From assembly GCF_964204645.1 (NCBI RefSeq), contig NC_134036.1:6230600-6294599 (forward strand): a stretch of DNA of 64,000 nucleotides. The letters run 5' to 3'. Position 1 is the stretch's first letter; every line of letters begins with the position of its first letter. The notes beneath the pieces are model-generated. The model did no database searches. It had not been told where the DNA came from and saw only the letters and a program-made list of their open reading frames with translations. The translations under genes were made by a program, and so were the position numbers. Below are positions 57,000 to 64,000 of this stretch, piece after piece. The stretch comes from Tubulanus polymorphus (Eukaryota; Animalia; Nemertea).

Positions 57000-57170
57000 T
57001 TTTGCATATCTCGGCGCGTTTTCTAGAAATCGATTCTAGCCGAGAGAGATGCTGAATAGATATTACAGCGAGGCGTATATATATGACGAATGCCTCGAGG
57101 CGCAGTTGTTACACTGTAAAAACGGTCTAAACTTTCTGCGCACGACAGCAGTTTTCGGTATGTATTATAT
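57000..57170. promoter_or_regulatory. Conserved non-coding block upstream of every receptor copy (also at ~3490, ~14430, ~24420, ~29320, ~46915)
   Basis: Recurrent CTGAATAGATATT.CAGC.AGGCG...CCTCGAGGCAGTT..TGTAAAA.CGGTCTA..CTTTCTG..CACGAC.GCAGTTTT; a regulatory role is inferred only. Confidence 0.4.
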
Positions 57171-58136
57171 ACCCGTGTAGGTCAAGACTACGGCCCGTAG
57201 TATATGCTCGCTGATTTCGTGCGAGTTCGCCATGATAACAATGAACCCTTATAAAGTCTATTTCTTTTACTCAAAAAATGAAGCGTTCCATACAGGCACC
57301 GTAGATCTGTTAAAATATTGAAATGGCGTGTAGAAAATAAATATTCAGAAATTCGAAAAGCGACAGCTCAGTAAATTTATTGATCGCCCGTACGACCGAA
57401 TGACAAACAATGTACTTCACGTTAGTGAATTATGATACGCATTGATCGATATCGGAATGCCCGATGCGCATCGATTCGGCTTAACAAAACGGCGATATAG
57501 ATTTCGCTCAATATACAGGTGTGCAATCATTGGTATTTTTCATCAGCTATTTCACACACAGCGTGTTTTACTCATTCGGCGAAGAGTTCCTGCTCTCGGC
57601 AAAAAGGAGATATTCTCATTTCGAAAGTTGAATCGGTTGGAGGAAGTCACTAAGGTAAGCCCGGCGTCGAAATATTCAATTATTTCGCGATCAAGCGTTC
57701 GTTGTCGACGTATGTACAAAGAAACAAGAGATAGAAACTTGTAAGCGTGTTTCTGCGATGCCAAACACCGAAGCGACGAGGCCGCCTCGCACTTGGGACC
57801 GGAAAAACACACGCGGCAGAATCTCGCATTCCGACTACAAAATATGCAGAGGATGCAATTTTAACGACTTCAAATTAATTAAATATTACGAACAAATATT
57901 CTCGGTATTCCGTTATCATTATTGTTACGACCTGATAAGACCAATTCGATGAAGTTTCGTAATCAGTTTTCTTAAGCGGCATTATTACAAACGCGGTAGA
58001 TTTTGTTCACCGAGCGCCTACTGGAAACTGTTTAATGATCGGAATGAGTAATTTACCAAAATACCAAATTGCTGGTAATTTACCGAAATATCAAATTGCT
58101 AATTCATCTTTGTCGAATTTATTCTAGGTACTGAAA

Positions 58137-58618
58137 ATGTTTGCTCATTTGATACCCCGTGTATGTTCTATTGTCGTAATTGTGGTCAGTGCCGCGGCAT
58201 TTGCAAATGGTGAGTAACCACTGGGAAGAAAACACGGTTTCAAAAAAGAATTTCCATGAATAATATAAATAATATATACATATAAGTCGCAATTATTTTA
58301 AGAAAACGTTTAGTATTTTTTTCGCTTGAACGACATAATTTGGTCGATATCGTGTCAGAGATATATTGATTTCATCGACTTGCGATATTGTCCATGTATT
58401 TTCTTAATTCCTGTTTGTCCGTCTGAATAATCGATATGAGCGAGGGGCAATTATCATACTCTAAACGGGGGTGCGACTCAATTCAAGTGAAAATTCGTTT
58501 CGAAATTTTTCTTTTCAATTTTATTTTTTATCGAATAGGTTGCACTGCAAATGGCAAATCGTGTGTCAGAAGTTCTGATTGTTGCAGCAACCATTGTAGA
58601 CTGTTTCAATGTTACTAA
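58137..58618 (+). CDS. Knottin-type secreted peptide K4, 50 aa (MFAHLIPRVCSIVVIVVSAAAFAN-G-CTANGKSCVRSSDCCSNHCRLFQCY)
   Basis: Exon 58137-58209 (G|GTGAGT) and exon 58539-58618 (polypyrimidine tract...ATAG|), phase 1. C-X6-C-X5-CC-X3-C-X4-C; AATAAA at ~58780; probable 5' UTR exon ending CTAAG|GTAAGC at ~57655. Confidence 0.88.
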
Positions 58619-59332
58619 TCGTTGGCAGTAAGGGTTTGTAATTGGATGTATTTTTGGTGGTTTGGGAAATATCCGATTATGAAACTGAACCGCTGTCAGG
58701 TTACTGACTGACTAGGAAAAGCTCGAATTGAAATTATATTTGTAACTCGGTCGTCAAATCTCGTGTTATAATCAGATTCAATAAAACCGCGAGTAAAAAA
58801 AAAATCAGTGATCGGGTCGTTAACTGTTGATGATTCGTCGGTGAAGATTTTCGTAGTGACAAACAGGATGCACCGTTCCATAAGCGGCAAGGAACGTCAA
58901 TATCGTCCATTTCCGCGTTTTCTCTCTTGACTGGGCCCGCAAGATGTCGCAAAAAGTAATCTACCCCGAAATGTATATCTAAGCGATATCCTTCTCCGAA
59001 TTATTAAGTAAAATCCGAATTCTGAATAATAGTTTACGTGGATCCGGTTTAACCGACCGAATATTCAGTCCGAATTGGAAAATTTCGAATTAAGCGAGAT
59101 CTACTGTATTAGCGATATATTGAATCACTTAGCCGCTTGAATTATTGGGACTCAGGCCTAAATTCTTCTATATCATGGCATATCTGCGCCACTTTCGTTG
59201 TGGCAATTCAGTTTGTGATGAGTCTAGAAATTATTTCGGGTTTAACATCGTCGTTACATCGAATATGTGCACTGGACACGAGAGATGTACTCGGAAGCTG
59301 TGTCCATTTGCTAACAGTTTAGCAGCAGTTTA

Positions 59333-59870
59333 CAGTTTATTTGACAAACTCAAGGTCTACAAATTAGACAATATGAGTGAAAAATAGAACATTATACAAA
59401 AAAGTACAAAAGTTTATTTGACAAACTCAAGGTCTACAAATTAGACAATATGAGTGAAAAATATAACGTTATACAAAATAACATAGCGGCGAATGCCGTG
59501 TTTACACAAATATTTTAGCAATTTTACTTATGAAGATACATAAATTATAAAGTGTTCTGATGTCTTTTGTCTGCACAAGGGAGGAGAATTTATACTGGGT
59601 TGGATAAATTGAAAATTTTCTGTCAATGTACTTGGTCCTTAAATTATCAAGGGTTGGACAACATAATATATGATGAAATTCGTCGCCTATAGCACTGTTG
59701 CAAAGAGGACAAGTCCTGCTTTCTCTGGGTACTTTCATCCATCTACCAGTTTCAATTGGAAGCGTGTGGTTACACGTTCTAAATCTACTTTAACTATATA
59801 GCAGGTCATCAGGAATGTCCGACGTGTAAATAAATTCCAGGCTATGATTATCTTTGAATAAAGAGTAAAA
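59333..59870 (-). mobile_element. Non-LTR retrotransposon ORF2 C-terminus and duplicated 3' UTR
   Basis: RFRTCNHTLPIETGRW...CPLC..IGDEFHHILCC zinc-knuckle-type LINE C-terminus; a ~77-bp direct repeat containing AATAAA at 59333-59480. Confidence 0.75.
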
Positions 59871-60072
59871 GTCCCCGAAATGTATTGTACTACAGTGTTG
59901 ATAAACAACCTTAGGTTTGGACTTAAGTCTTTTTACTAGGAAACCGATTGGGTTGAAAGCTAAACTGACATATACTCACCTATCAGTTAAGCCCGGATGA
60001 TTAGCCGCAAGAAAATGCCATGATCGTCGATATTTTAGGATAGTTTTTTGAAGTTGGTTGGCTGACTGATAT

Positions 60073-60114
60073 ACTCCTGATGACGACGATTAGAATAAAG
60101 TCGAAACGTTGAAT
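60073..60114 (+). ncRNA. Minimal type I hammerhead ribozyme motif
   Basis: ACTC-CTGATGA-C-GAC-loop-GTC-GAAA-CG-TT-GAAT; helix I has one mismatch. Confidence 0.5.
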
Positions 60115-60201
60115 GAAGTACTACTCAAGATCGTATCGTCATAATACGGATACGGTGTATAATCAACGGTTATTAAACTAACCGTAGAACTAAAAGTGAA
60201 C

Positions 60202-60539
60202 CATCCTCCCTCTGCAGGGACTCGAACCTGATGGCATCGCTACACTCAGCCACGGCACGAACCCCTGCCATAGACGACCATGTGCGCAGTTACATGCGCA
60301 CTATCCGAACGAAAACTGGCGGCACCAATCAGATTGCTCGTTGTATAATCGTTGAGGCAAATTTCAAGGAGGAACTATAAATGGGAAAACCCGGGCTAAA
60401 ATAAAACGGAATAACTGATTGGCTAAAAATCACATCATCTGAACTGCGCATGTATCTGCGCACGCGGTCGATTGTGGCAGGGTTTCGTGCCGTGGCAATT
60501 TCGATGCCATCAGGTTCGAATCCCTGCCGGGGGAGGATG
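60202..60539. mobile_element. MITE with ~75-bp TIRs and 9-bp TSD (Mutator-like by TSD length)
   Basis: CATCCTCCC...GGGAGGATG flanked by AAAGTGAAC at 60193-60201 and 60540-60548. Confidence 0.85.
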
Positions 60540-62328
60540 AAAGTGAACGGGAAGGGCGTCGTCTCAAAAATCCTCAATATTGCCTTTTGTCCAGCACCCT
60601 CAACGGTGGCGACGAACAATAGATTCACAGAAATATTTACGTTATTCCATTCTCCGCGAGTATGGGGATTCCCTTTTTCAAAATTTTGTCAAGCGTTGAC
60701 TACTTTAAAATAATGAAATACGCTCATTAAGAGTTCGACTAATAAAGACCGGCAACCAGTGTAATTGTTTAACGAGGAGTCGGCTTTCCCGTTCGCTTGT
60801 AATTCTATGTATTAACTCACCATGGATTGCCGTACAATATATCATACACACGTAAGTGGCCATCCAATGACCAACGCTCGGGGGACTCTATCACTACTTC
60901 ACACTGGAGATCTGGTTCACAGTCTGCATGTCGTCATAAGCCGTCTCTCGGGGAAAAACGTCAGGGCCTCATTCTCCGTAGGTCAACCCGTCTTTACGCG
61001 GAATTAACATTCCGATTGCAACTATCGATAAAATGTTTAACTGTAGTATAATTGTCGTTACAAAAAACAGAAAATGTATTTTTAGACGTTGTAGTTTCGT
61101 TCAATTAATCGAAATCAAGATGGCGGCTTTTTCATTCGGTCGGTTCAATCAAACAACTCGATATTAAATCGTTTCTTCTGTAATCAGAATCTTTATCTAT
61201 AAACGGTTGATTATACGAACGTGTCGGTTATAACTCGGTTATTGATATGTTGCGATGTGGGTGCAATAAATCCGTGGATTTATCATAGAAAAGGTGAACG
61301 ATTTTACAAGTCATTATATTACACCGTCAAAATAAACTCGCAAAATCGAATCAACATCTGTACAGGGTCAACTAAGTGTAATCAAGCGTGGAAACTTATA
61401 TGCGCTATCTTCAAAAAAACGTCCGAGGTTTTCGAATTCAACAGAGTCTCGAAAGATCGGATTGTCATAAATCATTAATTGTTCTTTAATTGGTATATTT
61501 TCCCGTATAATTATCAGCTAATTTAACCTAATATAACAATTTAGGATTTATTCAAATTGCAAGATCTTATTCATCAACACTGCGTGGACATATGATTCGC
61601 ACTTCAATGTGTGTTTAAATGGTGACCTTTTCGGAATCTCTCCCCATAATAAACTTTTGTTCCAGTTCATTTCCTCTGGTCAATGTCACCTAGTTATCCG
61701 TACAATAAGGTGTAAGTATCGTTCTTACTGCCGTATAAAGTCTGACTCGCCAATAACCAGAAATTTTAGCATATACGTGTTTAGCCCCGTAAAGGCGCAT
61801 TATCCGAAGCTCTAGAACTAGACCGGTCTAATTTTGAACGGTATTTTACCCGTGTGAACGCTTGGTCCGGTCTAAATTGGACCGAACCAAATTTAGACCG
61901 GTATAAATTTCGTCGTGTGAACGCGCCTTAAACTTAGAACATGCATCCACGAGTTTGCGGTGGAAACTGGTTGATGGGATGAGACAGTTAGACAGCAACG
62001 TATGTTTACCCTGTGTAACATTGATTTCGGTGATGAATATCATTATCTTCATTGCGTAATCATTCTAAATATAGTTATTATATGTAAGAATGCATCATAT
62101 CCCCCAATATATTTCGGCCGATCCAAATCCACCAGGTTCAGAGCTCTGATGCAACTAAGATGGTGATGTAATAAGAGATTTGCGTATGTTTTATCAACGG
62201 TTACTTAATTACGCAATGTGCCATTTTTCTAAATTGTTTCTTTGTAAATGTATTACGCTCTAATTGTCATATTATGTCAATGACCTGAGTTGATCGGAAA
62301 TATAGTATTATAGATATAGTATAGAGTG

Positions 62329-62640
62329 CGTACGGAAGTATCCTGGGGACATATCTATAAAAAAAGAAATTCGAGGTTATTTCCGAGTTTGCGACTCGGA
62401 ATAAACTCGGAATAAACTAATTTTCTCAGTTAAAAGTGATTTTCTAGGTTAATTCCGAGTTATTGATTTGGAACTAGTTTTTTCTCAGTTAAATGTGCTG
62501 TTTGGAGGTTGGAATTTCCAACCAAAAACCTCCAAAACTAGTTAAATTAGTTTAGAGAAAACTAGTTAATTCCGAGTTACACACTGTGAATTATCCTCGA
62601 CATTTTTTTCATAGATAAGTTCCCAGGACGCTTCCGTAAG
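62329..62640. mobile_element. MITE-like element with ~50-bp imperfect TIRs and internal TTCCGAGT/ACTCGGAA subrepeats
   Basis: TACGGAAGTATCCTGGGGACATATCTATAAAAAAA vs TTTTTTTCATAGATAAGTTCCCAGGACGCTTCCGTA. Confidence 0.7.
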
Positions 62641-64000
62641 TACGTATTTTTACACGATAACTTAAGTTCACTTGGCTGTTTAACCTGCTTCGAATAATTC
62701 AGTTGAATTTAAGTTTTTAATCATATTTTTCAGATGAAGCCTTTTCGCGATTCCTCGGGACCTGGTTGCTACCAGTACGTGGTCCCTAAATCGACAATTC
62801 GACCGATGACTCGAGATCTTTCGAAATCACAGTGTGAAGCTTAATGTATCAGGGTGAGTAGAGATTTCAACTCCTTTTCTAGACGTTAAACTAATTAGTT
62901 AGGCCGAAAATTGGCTGAAATATGTTCTCAAACCGTTTGTAGCGAAATACCGGATGTAACTAAAGCGGGAAACAGGTCTGATCTAAGATATGGTTGTTTT
63001 TCTTTTGTCGCATCCGACCTTCCGCTTGCAATATTGTAAAAAAAAAATAGAAAGTAGCTCAATAAAAGTAGAAATAAAAGTAGCTGATTAGGTTTAGGAA
63101 ACCTGTACGATCAGTTCCTTCCTTTTAAGAGAAAGGTATTTGGCGTCGGATATTGTACCGAAAATCACGGATTGATACACTGCATATTTGTTTTTAGTAG
63201 GGCTTTTATACATATAAACCATATTTGATTGACACGTGGGGCGGGCCTTGCGATCTGCCGATGACGTCAGATGTAAATAATAATATAACCACGTTCATCG
63301 CTAAACGTGACAACACATTTTTTTCGCGCCAAAACCTTTTTGAATTTTATAAGTAAAAATTGGCCTTTTGTCCGATGACTTTTTCCAACTGAAGCCAGCG
63401 ATGCCATTAGATTGTACATGGTACGAAATCATTCAAGTATTCGCATTTTATAGACATTGAAATTATACAATGAGTATACAAATTTCAATATTTCAAATTT
63501 CACTTGAGAAAAATTATTTCTAAATAATTGTTGGCCAAGGGCCGTATTGAAATGTGTATGTTCATTGTTCTAAGATATTTCTTCGAATGCAGTGACGATT
63601 TGATGCAATTTTGATTCAGCCAGCGGTGCTCCTCGTGTCCATTGAACCGCATTAAGAATGAACCTGTTCATTATTGTGTCATGTTATTGTCCTCGGTTCT
63701 TGAAATCATGAAATAATTCGAAAAAAATATGGTCACCTATGATCGTAGATGTATGCACGAACTGTTGGTCACATGTCAGAATGACGCGTTCTACATAGGC
63801 CCCGTACGCCATCGAAGATATTGAAATTACGTATGATATAAATCGATATTCAGAAATCATGAAAAGCGACAGCTCGTTAAATATCATGATCACCCAAAAG
63901 TCCGAAGGGCAGACGACGTACTTCACGTTATTGAATTTTGATGATATAACGATTTTAAATGCCAGGTGCGTATCGATTAAGCTTAACAAAACACCGATAT

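Noticed and set aside
61820-61930. Harbinger-like MITE end (GTGTGAACGCGCCTTA), and similar GGGGCC-type ends at ~5345-5500, ~29118 and ~36121
   Set aside because: Probably repeat fragments, but paired TIRs and TSDs could not be delimited reliably.
62385-62580. CRISPR-like short repeats
   Set aside because: Irregular subrepeats within a MITE in eukaryotic DNA; no regular spacers or cas genes.

Overview
AT-rich eukaryotic (invertebrate, probably lophotrochozoan) DNA with spliceosomal introns; no prokaryotic features. It is dominated by a minus-strand tandem array of large three-exon GRL101-like (LGR type C2) GPCR genes. Their architecture is signal peptide - several CUB-like domains - C-type-lectin domain(s) - about 7 LDLa-type repeats - LRRs - 7TM, about 1,900 aa. 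The ORF track splits each gene into three ORFs, but in-frame phase-0 GT-AG introns join them. Copies: R1 (<1-2303, partial), R2 (7567-13567), R3 (17846-23890, exon 3 disrupted), an LRR remnant (28.6-29.0 kb), R4 (39376-45306) and R5 (50366-56489). Interleaved with them, and largely invisible to the ORF track, is a family of four small two-coding-exon knottin-type (C-C-CC-C-C) peptide genes (K1-K4). They share related signal peptides and 3' UTRs but have divergent mature peptides; K3 and K4 look intact. A linked variable-receptor/variable-peptide cluster is the main candidate novel system (inference only). Also present: a ~8-9 kb segmental duplication ~43 kb apart, recombinant receptor copies, several MITEs (one family with tRNA B-box-like TIRs), two LINE 3' fragments and two minimal hammerhead-ribozyme motifs. 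All coordinates were read by eye and may be off by a few bases.
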